Below are positions 52,045-64,000 of a stretch of DNA of 64,000 nt, piece after piece. The stretch is from Somniosus microcephalus (lineage: Eukaryota): positions 89,962,001 to 90,026,000 of the forward strand of contig CM126216.1 in the NCBI GenBank assembly GCA_052327205.1, written 5' to 3'. The position numbers and the translations under genes were made by a program. The notes beneath the pieces are model-generated. The model ran no database searches, was not told the origin of the DNA, and was given only the letters and a program-made list of their open reading frames with translations. Position 1 is the stretch's first letter; each line of letters begins with the position of its first letter.

Positions 52045-52822
52045 ATTGTGTGCGATGGGAGCCTTATTGACACTCGGGTGGAAAATAGTGGTTTGTTCAG
52101 TTAAAAAATATTTTTTAAATATTAATAAAAGGTAAGGGAAAGAGCAGGAAAATAAGGTAAATGTGGCTGTAAATCATCTGGTAAGCCTGCAAATAAAAAG
52201 CTTGAACAGCTGGATAATTTGGAGAGCCATTCTCCTAGTAATAGCCTACATTTGGCTGGGATCCCTTAAACAACACAAGGCACCGACCGATATGGTACCA
52301 TGCCCGCAAGTAGTTTAAAAAAAAAGCTTTGGACGTGGTTCATGGATGTTCCATTAAGCACTGCAGCTTAAACCAAAGAGGCCCCAAGTTTCCAAAGTAA
52401 AGTTGTTGACAGCAGTAAGAAAAGTAGGGTCCAAGGTTGCAAGACAGAAAGTTAATGGTCTATCCTGGTGTCTCATCAAGTCTGCAGAACTGGAGAGTAT
52501 AATTCAATATGATGAAAAAACCCTGTGGAGGAGTGTCACAGTTTGGGATCTTCGGATAATTTTTTTTTCAATACTTTTGGTGAAAAAAATAAACTTAAAA
52601 TGTGTTGCAAAGCATCGTATATTCCTGCAAATAAAAGGTGGTCAGAAACGGTAGGCAGTTAAGATGCTAATGATCTAACTTTGATGTTGTTTCTTCGTAG
52701 AACACAAATAATAAGCAATCTTTAGCTTGTCTCAGTAATAAATAAACAGCTCACACAAATTATCTTGGAAGGTTTTTAATCTCTCTTGAGGCTGTGAACA
52801 GCCAGAAATAATGGGAGACATA

Positions 52823-53335
52823 GGCCGGAATTTTCAGAGGCAAGAACAGGTGGGTTGGAGGCGTAGGGGAGGTGAAAGTTGAAAAAATGTGAACCTCGAC
52901 CCCAACCCACCTACTTTCACCTTTCACTCAGGTGGGACTGAGAGGGCAAGCTGCCAAGAGGCGGGTTGGCAATTTGCATATTATAATGAGCCCTGAAGTG
53001 TCTACTTTAACCTGCTTTGCAGGTTAAACTGCAGGTGGCCGGGGATCCCGGGGCTCAGGATTCCCAGTGGCTGCAATGAGGTGGCCACAGCCTCGGGGAG
53101 CAATGCTTGTGGGCCGGGAGGCGCAGGAGTGCTTCCTCCCGGCCCCCCAAGCAACAGCCGGGCCCGCCCCGGATCCGATCACCCCCCCACCAGGATCGGA
53201 CTCCGCCTCCACTCCCCCCCACCCCCACCCCGGATAGCAATTTGGCCCCGGGTTCGGGGATCGAACCGCCCCCACCCCCCACCCCGGGTTTACAACTCTC
53301 CCCTCCCTCCCCGGGTTCGCAACTCCCACCCCAGG
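52823..53335. mobile_element. Truncated Harbinger-like MITE (left end only)
   Basis: Starts ggccggaattttc; GC-rich body; no right TIR found. Confidence 0.45.
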
Positions 53336-54470
53336 TTAATTAGTTTTATACTATTATATAAAGACAAGTTATATTGGTCGGAATAAGTTAATCTGATCAT
53401 AATTATTGTTCTAGCTGCTTGCCTGTTGGGAAATAGAGAGCAGCCAACTTTGCAATCTCTACATTAGTGACTACACTTCATGTGCTTTGGGATATCCTGG
53501 GGTCATGAAAGGCACTAAATAAATGCAATTTTGTTCTTTCCTTAAATAATTCATATCAAGTCTTGTCTCATCAGTCCACCTTAGGAGAGATTGAAGAAAT
53601 ACACATGCAAAAGACACTAGTATCTGGTCCAGATCACAAGGGGGTGCTATACCTCAAGTAGATGCAGGGCAGTGAGAGTCAAGTCCCATAAAAGTAACAT
53701 GCTCAGACCACTTAAATGACCGGCTGACGCCACTGAACCCAAGAATTCGTAAGCAGGGGAGGTAATCAGATATGCATCCTGTATCCAGGCAGGCTGCTTG
53801 TGACTCTTAAGAAGGGAAACAGAAAAGTTCCAATTATCTTACTGCATCATTCCCTTGACCATTCATTACCCAACATTTGCTGATCTCCTTTCCTGCTGCA
53901 GTCCCAGGCTCAAGTTACTACTGGATATCCCCATGGCTCTGATCTAGAAATCACACATGGTGGTGCCCCACCACTGAAGCTCCTAAAGCAGCAACATGAT
54001 CACTGCCTTGCACATCCTGTCCATCTCTCATTTCCAAACTCCTTCCTATTCCTTTCTGCACCTCAGCCCGCACGGCTCGTCAACCTCTCTTTGGTTCTGC
54101 TAAACCCATCTATTTCTTTTCCTTGCGAACAAGCCCCTCTATCATATTCTGAGATGTTTGACCATTCTGCCATGAAAGATCTGGATATGCTGTTTATTGA
54201 TGTGTTACTTTTAAGCTAAAGTGAGTTCACAAAGATTTAAAATCCACCTTGAAGCCAGGCAGACTGCTCTGTGGAATGTGGGCTGTATTCTGATTAAACA
54301 GTGAAAGCCTTTGGTTCTTTTCTGTGATCCATCCAGGCTTATTGTGTTGAGTTAGCCCTACTGATTTTGAAAACAGCAATTAGTTGCTAGAGGTCTCCAC
54401 CCAGCACGAGGGGGAATCAGGGTAGTTGGATATAATTGGCAGCCCAACAGGCCAACTCTTCAGAGATCAA

Positions 54471-55327
54471 GGGTTGGATTTTACCAGCCCTGAGGAGGCA
54501 GATTTGGAGGCGAGACTGCTGGGAAAATCCCCAAAAATGAGAGCGGATCCCAAACCCACTCCCAACCTGCCTCCAACCAATCTTCCCGGGAGTTGGGTCC
54601 CCGATTTGCGCAGGGACGCAACTCTTAACGGTGAGAAGAGAATTATAGCCACTTAACTGCCTGTTAATAGATAGTTAACAGGCAGTTAAGAGGCTTCTAC
54701 CAATTTTTAGACTTCTGCCACGGGCTTCCCGACGTCGGGGAACCCCGCCAGGGTAAGAGAGGCGTGCTGTGGGTCTGTTGTTATGTTGGTGTTTGGATGA
54801 CAGCTGCAGAAGTAGTGTGAAGGATGCAATGGGACACTGGTTAGTATCAGAGATAAGGACATGTTGTGAAAGTAATTTTTAATGTGGTTAGATGTTTCTG
54901 CAGGTGACGAGCTGTGAAGTGCTTGTGCAGCCTCATCTCATCGGGAGAAGTGACAGATGGCTTCTGCAATCTCAGCTGCAGCTGCTATCTGTTTTATCCT
55001 AAGGAGAGAGTAATTGGAGAGCCTAGGTACAAGGGCTCACTTTTGGACAGTGTTTGACAGCACCTCAATGCTGTCAAACACTGTCAAATCATCTGTCGAA
55101 CAAGTGTGGTGCATATGCCTTTAAGAAAACCAGCAGATGAAGCGTCATCAACTGACGTCATCTGACACTGGCTTTCCCTAAATTGGCTGGCAAACCCGCA
55201 GGGTGGGCTTAACAAGGCCAATCAGGGCAAAATAGCATTTGTTCATCAGACGTCGCTGGGGGTGGGACTAGAACCCAGAAGGCAGCAGTCCCACCCCCAA
55301 CGCGTCTCGGTGAGTAAAATCCAGCCC
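54471..55327. mobile_element. Non-autonomous Harbinger element related to 27237-28481 and 31988-32825
   Basis: TIR gggttggattttac / gtaaaatccagccc; shared cagcacctcaatgctgtcaaacactg motif; VPRLSNYSL remnant on the minus strand at about 55004-55030. Confidence 0.75.
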
Positions 55328-56244
55328 CTAGCCTTCAAATTCCTGTCCAGAAGGTAGCAAAATAACAAGGGAATACATATTCTGGGTCACTTTCAAAATG
55401 GCTGCCGAATGAGGCAGGTAGGAGGCAAACTTCCCTCAAGAAGAAATTGTAGTGAAACTTACTTCAAAAAGGTTGCTCTATTCATGTACAGTACTTAACA
55501 AGCACAAAATAAACTGATTTGCAGACTAACATTGAGCTTGCTCTCATTAAAATGTGAATCAGTCTGACTTTTGGAAGATTGAAGTAGCGCACCTGAGGAC
55601 ATGTGCGAAGGATTATAGTATCCAGTTTGTATAGTGAGAGGGTCTCATTTATATAGAACCAGGTCCTGCTATTGTATACCTAGATATTGGGTAGTGAAAG
55701 TAAACTCCCAGTTGTAAGGGACATAGGGTCCACTAATGGCTGGTTACTTAGAGTCTCCTGAGCCTAGTGGCAGATCAAGAAACCCATTTTTTCCACTGCT
55801 GTCTGTCCAGAGCAAGACATTTGACTCCATGAGAGTATAATCTTGCCTTACATCCAGCAGATTATTCATAATTATGAGGTGTTTTGATTGGGAAGGAAAT
55901 CTGCCGTCCTTACCTGGTCTGGACCATATGTGACTCCAGACCCACAGATCATAACAACTCGCTGCATAAAAAAATGTTTCCGCATGTCGCCTCTGGTTCT
56001 TTTGGCAAATATCTTAAATTTGTGTCCTCTGGTTACTGACCCTTCTGCCACTGGAAACCGTTTCTCCCTATTTTGGCAAAAGAACCAGAGGCAATAATGC
56101 GGGGGAAAAAAATTATGCAGTGAGTTGCTATGATCTGGAATGCACTGCCTGAAAGGGTGGTGGAAGCAGATTCAATAATAACTTTCAAAAGGGAAGTGGA
56201 TAAATACTTGAAAAGGAAAAATTTGCTGAGCTATAGGAAAAGTG

Positions 56245-56519
56245 CTGTGGGTCTGGAGTCACATATAGTCCAGACCAGGTAAGACGGCAGATTTCCTTCC
56301 CTGAAGAACAATAGTGAACCAGATGGGTTTTTACGATAATCTGATAGTTTCATGGTCAACATTACTGATACTAGCTTTATATATTCCAGATTTATTTAAT
56401 TAACTGAATTTAAATTCCCCAGCTGCCGTGGTGGGATTTGAACTCGTGTATCTGGATCATCAGTCCAGGCTTCTGGATTACTAGTCCAGTAACAGTTGGG
56501 AACAGTAGCACAGTGGTTA
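56245..56519 (-). mobile_element. tRNA-headed SINE-like element
   Basis: B box gagttcaaatccc on the minus strand; body ends in gactccagacccacagc, shared with the 5' end of the family A LINE at 12738. Confidence 0.7.
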
Positions 56520-57702
56520 TGTTCAACGGCAGCGCTTTCAGCTCTCTCGCTTACAGTCTGGAACTCCCTCACTAAACCCCGTGGCTTGCTAATTCTCTCT
56601 CTGCCTTTAAATGCCTCTTCTTTTCAAATGTGCTTTTGCTCCTCTTCCTTCGACTGCTCAGTGTCCATTTCATCTCTGTGAAGTGCCTTAGGACTGTTTC
56701 GACATTAAAGGCACTCTGTATGCCAATGACAGCAGGCAGCAGCAGCATAAGTTTTTAAAAAAAGTCTTCAATTCTGAAATGGTTTTACCATGCCAGATGT
56801 TCAAAAAGAAAATACTTGCACCAAAAAGGAAAGTGCCAAAAACAAATTTGCACTGAAACAGCCAGTTGATTGAATGCACCCTCAGGGGGTATTAACGGAA
56901 GGAAAAGATGCAAGTATATGGTGGGAATTACCTGAAGTGGAGGCACAAAAAGAAGTTGGCGCACAACGATAACCACATTTTCCAAGTTCAACTAGTGAAG
57001 CATAAGTCGGGTTGTATCTGTTTTTATTAAATCAAGGGTTTATAGAGGAAGCTGGTAGCCCCGATGCTGAGAATATTTTTCTGATACATTGTTCAAAGCC
57101 ATTGCGACAGAAAGCTTGGCTTTTTTTTCTCCAGTCTCAGCTGAGTTTTTGCTAGCATACAATAAGTCACAGCAAACACTTGGCAGAGACTGAAAAAGGT
57201 TTGAAAACAGTCCAAACATACTGACTCCAATGCTGGGATGTGGACTATTTCCACTGGGGCCGGGGAGGTCGTGGGGGGGGGGGGGCGCGGGGAGGGGGTC
57301 CCTTGGCTGCCATCACAAGGCATGTCAATGCAACTAATGGCCAAATTCCTAAGAAAAAGATAATTTTAGGAATGGATTATAGTTCTTTGCACTGATCCTT
57401 CAAGTGTATCTAAGAATAAGTACTTGAATTTAAGTACTTGGAGCTCCTTCTCCTTCACACAGTTAATATGGATATCATCGCAGTGACAAACTGCTAAGAG
57501 TTGCCAAACAGAACTGTAGGAGCAGAGATGCAGTCATCAGCGCAGAATGCATCAGTGTCGTTTTCTCTGTCCTTGTAAAATTTTGCTTTTTCACACCACT
57601 GGGGACGTGACTCCCCTCAGCCATTTCTTCAAACACATTCTAAACGTTGAAAAGAGCCTCAGAAACAGACAAGAACCTTAAAATGAATCATTTCTTTTTG
57701 GT

Positions 57703-57825
57703 AGCAAAATACTGCGGATGCTGGAAATCCAAAATAACAACAGAAAACGCTGGAAAAACTCAGCAGGCCAGGGCAGCATCTGTGGAGAGAGAAACAGAGT
57801 TAACGTTTCAGGTCGATGACCTTTC
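57703..57825 (-). mobile_element. Penelope-type terminal fragment
   Basis: Reverse-complement homologue of 28768-28893. Confidence 0.65.
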
Positions 57826-58486
57826 GTAATTTTTTTTTTGTAATGGTTTAATTTTTTTTTTTTTTTTTAAAGGGTGCTGATGGTGAGCCGGCTTCCTTAA
57901 GTTATGGCTGTCTAGGTTATAATCCACTCTTTGTGAGCCATAACATTCCTTTGGAACTTTGGACATTGGCAACACAATATAACATAAAATAACAGCGTTT
58001 TTTTCAACAGATCAAAAAGTTGGAACTTTCCTCCTCTCTTCTCTACTGGATTTCCTTTGTTTAATAAATACTTCTGTGTGATGAGTGATATATTCCAGGC
58101 TGTGCATCCAAAACTTCTGGAACTACCACTGAACATTTGTCACTGTACTTTTCTGCTAGAGATAATTTTTTTAAACACTGATTTACTGTGGCAATTCAGT
58201 TAAAAAGTTAATTATGTGAGTAGCAACAATAACTCTGTCTTTGTCTATAGCTTAAGAAAATACAAAAAAAAAGCATTTTGGCACATGAATGCATTCTTTC
58301 CAGATTAGGACATAGAAATGGAAGCTTATATAGTTATATTACAGTATGCCACATTTGACAGCAGATGAGCCATTTTTACTTGTGTTATACAGTAGATGTG
58401 CCAAATGTGATACTGATTGAAAAACTATACTTGTATGTAAAAGAAGTGTTGGATCTCATGAGGCACACTGATATTTAGCTATCATT

Positions 58487-58965
58487 CAACAACAACAACT
58501 TGTATTTATATAGCACCTTTAACGTAGTAAAACGTCCCAAGGCGCTGCACAGGAGTATTTTAAGACAACAAATTTGACACCGATCCACATAAGGATAAAT
58601 TAGGGCAGGTGACCAAAAGCTTGGGCAAAGATGTAGGGTTTTAAGGAGCGTCTTAAAGGAGGAAAGAGAGGTAACGAGGCAAAGCGGTTTAGGGAGGGAA
58701 TTCCAGAGCTTAGGGCCTAGGCAACAGAAGGCATGACCACCAAAGGTTGAGAAATTATAATCAGGGATGCTCAAGAGGGCAGGATTAGAGGAGCGCAGAT
58801 AACTCGGGGTGGTTGTGGGGCTGAAGGAGATTACAGAGATAGGAAGGGGTGAGGCCATGGAGGGATTTGAAAACAAGGATGAGAATTTTGAAATTGAGGC
58901 ACTGCTTAACTGGGAGCCAATGTAGGTCAGCAAGCACAGGGGGGATGAGCGAACGGGACATGATG
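58487..58965 (-). mobile_element. L2 3' end
   Basis: LADLHWLPVKQCLNFKILILVFKSLHGL; (caa)n tail on the plus strand. Confidence 0.9.
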
Positions 58966-59119
58966 CATGAACTCATTTAATTGCACAAAAAACCTTACAG
59001 TCTCATTACTTGAAGAGATTATTCATCATAGAATATATAGTAATGGACACAGTATATACATATCTAGCAAGAGACAATTTCATTTGGAAATCCTGATACA
59101 GATACAATTCTGTTGCCAA

Positions 59120-59580
59120 GAAAGAAAGAACAAAATTGCTTTTATATACCACCTTTCACAACCTCAGTATGTCCCAAAACAATTCTCAGCCATGGAAGTA
59201 CTTTTGAAGTGTGGTTACTGTTATGATGTTGGAAAACATAGCAGTCAATTTGCACACAGCAAGGTCCCACAGTCCCACAGTGAGATAAATTACCAGATAA
59301 TCTGTTTTTAATGATGGTGGTTGATGGATAATTATTGGCCAGGACACCGGGAGAATTTCCCTGTTCTTCTTTGAATAGTCCAATGGGGTCTTTTACGTCC
59401 ACTTTAGAGGGCAGACAGGGCCTCAGATTAACAACTCATTTGAAAGTTGGCATCTTTGACACTGCAGTTCTTCCTCAGTATTGCACTGAAGTGTCAGCTT
59501 AGATTATGTGCTGAACTCTTTGGAGTGAGACTTCAATCCTGACCTTCTGTCTCAGAGGTGAGAGTGCTACCACTGAGCCG
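59120..59580 (-). mobile_element. SacSINE1/AmnSINE-like Deu-domain SINE
   Basis: tRNA-like head ggctcagtggtagcactctcacctctgag; central gaggccctgtctgccctc...ggacgtaaaagaccccat...tcctggccaa; L2-like tail with (cttt)n. Confidence 0.8.
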
Positions 59581-59919
59581 AGGCAAATGCCCTTGCCAAG
59601 CAATATCTAAAGGTCACAATTTGCATGTAGATCACAAAAGAAATTAAATGGCAACATATCAATTTTAAAGGTCAACTGATGTTTTAAAAAATTGCTGGTA
59701 AAATGCATCCCTCATGGATATTTTAGTCTACTTTGTGATTATTTGCATACAACTCAAATTAAATGTCACAATTCAGGGTTTTTTTTTTACAAAGTTACAA
59801 ACTGAATAATAATACTGTTAAAGGTTCACACAAAAAGTAATATATTGTGAGTAACGTGATTGTTTGATATTGTTGATTATTTTTTGTACCTGACCACTAC
59901 ATTTTAGTGGTCTGTGTAC

Positions 59920-60950
59920 ATGGACTCCTAAATCTCGTTAGAACCCCACTGTTACCAGCTTTTCACCATTTAAAAAATACTTGGATCTATATTTCTTAGG
60001 TCGAAAATAGATGAGCTCATACTTACCTGCGTTGAAATCCATCTCCCACAGTTTTGCCTACTCACTTAATCTATCAATGTCTCTTTGTAATTTTATGCTC
60101 GCGTCTATACTACTTACTATGACACCTATCTTTGTGTCATTGACAAACTTGGATATATGGCTCTCTATTATGTTATCCAAGTCATGAATAAATATAATGA
60201 ATAGCTAAGGCCCCAGCACAGATCCTTGTGGGACACCACTAGTAACCAATATTCCCCCTAAGACACAATCACGAGGTCCCACGCAGGCCACACAGCAAAT
60301 TTAAAGTCACTTCCTTCCAGTTAGAGTACATACCCTTTATCCCTACTGCCTAACCTGGTCAATAATTTGACTTCAATTCCATGAGCTTTAATTTTAGCTA
60401 ACTGTCTTTTATGTGGAACCTTATCAAATGCCTTCTGGAAGTCCATATAAATTACATCCATAGACATTCCCCTGTCTACTACTTCAGTTACTTTCTCAAA
60501 AAAAATCAATTCGGTTCATTAGACATGACCTGTCCTTTACAAATCCATGTTGGCTATCCCTAATCAGCTCAAATTCCTCTAAATGCTCAGTCACTTTGTC
60601 CTTAAGTATAGAATCCAATAACTTCCCCACAACAGATGTTAGACAAAAAGGTTTATAATTTCCTGCTTTCTTTCACTCACCTTTCTTAAATAATGGAGTC
60701 ACATTTGCAATTTCCAATCTAAAGGGACAATCTAAGTCGAGAGCTTTGGAAGATTATGGCTAAAGCATCTACAATTTCCTCACCCACTTCCATTAAAATC
60801 CAGGGGTGGAAACCATCAGGTCCTGGAGATTTGTCAGTCTTTAGTGCCATTATTTTTTCTAATACTGTTTTAGAACTTTAGTACGTTCCAGTCCTTGATT
60901 CGTTATTAGTTTCTCTGAAATGTCAGGTATATTATCCTCTTTCTCTACTG
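59920..60950 (-). mobile_element. Older CR1 RT fragment
   Basis: DVIYMDFQKAFDKVPH in ORF 60321-60509. Confidence 0.85.
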
Positions 60951-60984
60951 AGGTCAGGCCACCTTAGACTCGGTATTATGTAAT

Positions 60985-63312
60985 AGGAAAGGATTAATTA
61001 GCAATCTTGTTGTGCGAGGCCCCTTGGGTCGGAGTGATCATAATATGATAGAATTCTTCATTAAGATGGAGAGTGAAGTAGTTGACTCAGAGACTAGGGT
61101 CCTGAATTTAAATAAAGGAAACTACGATGGTATGAGGCGCGAGTTGGGTAGGATGGATTGGGGAATGTCACTCAAAGGGTTGACGGTGGATAGGCAATGG
61201 CAAACATTCAAAGATCACATGGATGAATTACAGAATTTGTTCATCCCAGTTTGGCATAAAAATAAAACAAAAAAGGTGACTCAACCGTGGCTAACAAGGG
61301 AAATTAGAGATAGCATAAGATCCAAGGAGAGGACATATAAATTGGCCAGAAAAAGCAGTAAACCTGAGGATTGGGAGTAGTTTAGGATTCAATAAAGGAG
61401 GACAAAGGGATTAATTAAGAGGGGGAAATAGAGTATGAGAGTAAGCTTGCAGGGAACATAAAAACTGACTGTAAAAGCTTTTATAGATATGTGAAGAAAA
61501 AAAGATTGTTGAAGTCAAGCGTAGGTCCCTTGCAGTCAGAATCAGGGGAATTTATAATGGGGAACAAAGAAATGGCAGACCAATTAAATACATACTTTGG
61601 TTCTGTCTTCACAAAGGAGGACACAAATAACCTCCCAGTGATGTCGGGGAACATAGGGTCTAATGAAAGGGAGGAACTGATAGAAATCAGTATTTGTAGG
61701 GAAATGGTGTTAGAGAAATTGACGGGATTGAAGGCCGATAAATCCCCAGGGCCTGATAATCTACATCCTAGGGTACTTAAGGAAGTGGCCCTAGAAATAG
61801 TAGATGCATTACTGGTCATCTTCCAAAATTCGATAGACTCTGGAACAGTACCCATGGATTGGCGGGTAGCAAATGTTACCCCACAGTTCAAAAAAGGTGG
61901 TAGAGAGAAAAAATGGGGAATTACAGACCGGTAAGCCTGACATCGGTAGTGGGGAAAATGCTAGAGTCCATTATAAAAGATGTAATAGCAGAGCACTTGG
62001 AAAACAGTGACAGGATCGGACAAAGTCAACATGGATTTACAAAAGGTAAATCATGCTTGACTAATCTACTGGAATTTTTTGAGGATGTAACTGGTAAAAT
62101 AGATAAGGGATAACCAGTGGATGCGGTGTATTTGGACTTTCAAAAGGCTTTTGATAAGGTCCCACATAAGAGATTAGCGTGTAAAGCTAAGGCACATGGG
62201 ATTGGGGGCAAGGTATTTACTTGGATAGAGAACTGGTTGGCAGACAGAAAGCAAAGAGTTGGAATAAACGGCTCTTTTTCCGAGTGGCAGGCAGTGACTA
62301 GTGGGGTACCGCAGGGATCAGTCCTTGGACCCCAGCTACTCACAATATATATTAATGATCTGGATGAGGGAACTAGATGTAATATCTCCAAGTTTGCAGA
62401 CGACACAAAGCTGGGTGGGCGTGTGTGCTGTGAGGAGGATGCCGAGAAACTCCAGTATGATTTCGACAGGTTGGGTGATGCATGGCAGATGCAATATAAC
62501 GTGGATAAATGCGAGGTTATCCACTTTTGTGTTAAAAACAAGGTGGCAGATTATTATCTGAATGGCAATAGATTGGGAGAAGGGGAAGTGCAACGAGACC
62601 TGGGCGTCCTTGTGCACCAGTCGCTGAAGGTAAGCATGCAGGTGCAGCAGGTGGTTAAGAAGGCAAATGGTATGTTGGCCTTCGTAGCGAGAGGGTTTGA
62701 GTACAGGAACAAGGATGTCTTGCTGCAGTTGTACAGGGCCTTGGTGAGACTACATCTTGAGTATTGTGTGCAGTTTTGGTCACCTTCTGAGGAAGGATGT
62801 TCTTGCCATGGAGGGAGTGCAGCGAAGATTCACCAGGCTGATACCTGGGATGACAGGAATGACGTATGAAGAGAGATTGGGTCGATTGGGCTTGTACTTG
62901 CTGGTGTTTAGAAGAATGAGAGGGGATCTCATTGAAACTTATAAAATTCTAATAGGACTAGACAGACTAGATGCAGGAAGGATGTTCCCGATGGTCGGGG
63001 AGTCCAGAACCAGGGGTCACAGTCTAAGGATAAGTGGTAAGCCATTTAGGACAGAGATGAGGAGGAATTTCTTCACCCAGAGAGTGGTGAACCTGTGGAA
63101 TTCTCTACCACAGAAGGCAGTAGAGGCCAATTCATTAAATATATTCAAGGAGTTGGATATATTTCTTAAGGCTAAAGGGATTAAGGGATATGGGGAGAAA
63201 GCAGGGACAGGGTACTGAATTTGGATGATCAGCCGTGAACGCATTGAATGGCGGAGCAGGCTCAAGAGGCCGAATGGCCTACTCCTGCCTTCTATGTTTC
63301 TATGTTTCTATG
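60985..63312 (+). mobile_element. CR1 LINE (family B), 5'-truncated, pseudogenised
   Basis: Highly similar to 19553-21890; RT motifs YLDFQKAFDKVPH, GVPQGSVLGP, FADD; (tttctatg)n tail. Confidence 0.95.
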
Positions 63313-63477
63313 AAGACTAACACAAAGTAGTTATTCAACAAGTCTGACAAAGGTTAGTGTTTCAGCAGCAGTGCGGAAGAGGTAAAATTTCAGGCAATGT
63401 TCTGGAGATGGAAGGGGTCTTGGTGTGGGGGCACACTTTAGCTCAATATCAAGCAGTATGCCAAGACTTCACATCAA

Positions 63478-63912
63478 CGACGACAACAACAACTTTCATT
63501 TATATTGTGCCTTTAACATAGTAAACCCTCCCAAGGCGCTTCACAGGAGCGTTATCAAACAAAATTTGACACCGAGCTACATAAGGAGATATTAGGACAG
63601 ATGACCAAAAGCCTGGCCAAAGAGGTAGATTTTAAGGAGCATCTTAAAGGAGGAAAGAGAGAGGTAGTAAGGCAGAGAGGTTTAGGGAGGGAATTCCAGA
63701 GTTTAAGGCCTAGGCAGCTGAAAGCACGGCCACCAATGGTGGAGCGATTAAAATAGGGGATGCTGAATAGGCCAGAATTGGAGGAGCACAGAGATCTCGA
63801 AGGGTTGTGGGGCTGGAGGAGATTACAGAGATAGGGAGGGGTGAGGCCATGGAGGAATTTGAAAACAAGTATAAGAATTTTTAAAATTGAGGTGTTGCCA
63901 GACCGGGAGCCA
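63478..63912 (-). mobile_element. L2 3' end
   Basis: Homologous to 35992-36410 and 58487-58920. Confidence 0.9.
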
Positions 63913-64000
63913 ACTGAGGTCCCAGAAAGTAAACCAAATGTTTTGTTGAAGACAAGATTTTCCAGTAAGGCTGGTTCCTTGGGTGTTTTGAAAACTTTAC

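Noticed and set aside
57120-57270. Possible coding exon after a polypyrimidine-AG acceptor
   Set aside because: All three frames hit stops and no recognisable protein results.

Overview
This is not prokaryotic DNA. It is a repeat-dense, apparently gene-free (intergenic or intronic) vertebrate window, most likely from a shark or other elasmobranch; that assignment is inferred from HER1-like CR1 LINEs, a SacSINE1-like Deu SINE and Penelope-type 3' ends. I found no host exon, rRNA or tRNA gene, or CRISPR array, and every recognisable ORF is transposon-derived. Main contents: (1) two young full-length Mag-type Ty3/Gypsy LTR retrotransposons (3947-9126 and 39432-45111, minus strand, 5-bp TSDs, tRNA-Ser PBS), the second one base away from an intact gag-pol; (2) many CR1-group, L2, Rex1, RTE and Vingi-like LINE pieces; (3) about a dozen PIF/Harbinger-like MITEs, two retaining Myb/SANT remnants; (4) two LTR-like inserts, a 31-bp LINE-derived minisatellite and several deep nests of insertions. 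The most interesting observations concern transposon architecture. I see no convincing evidence of a new gene system. All family assignments come from motif recognition by eye, not database searches.
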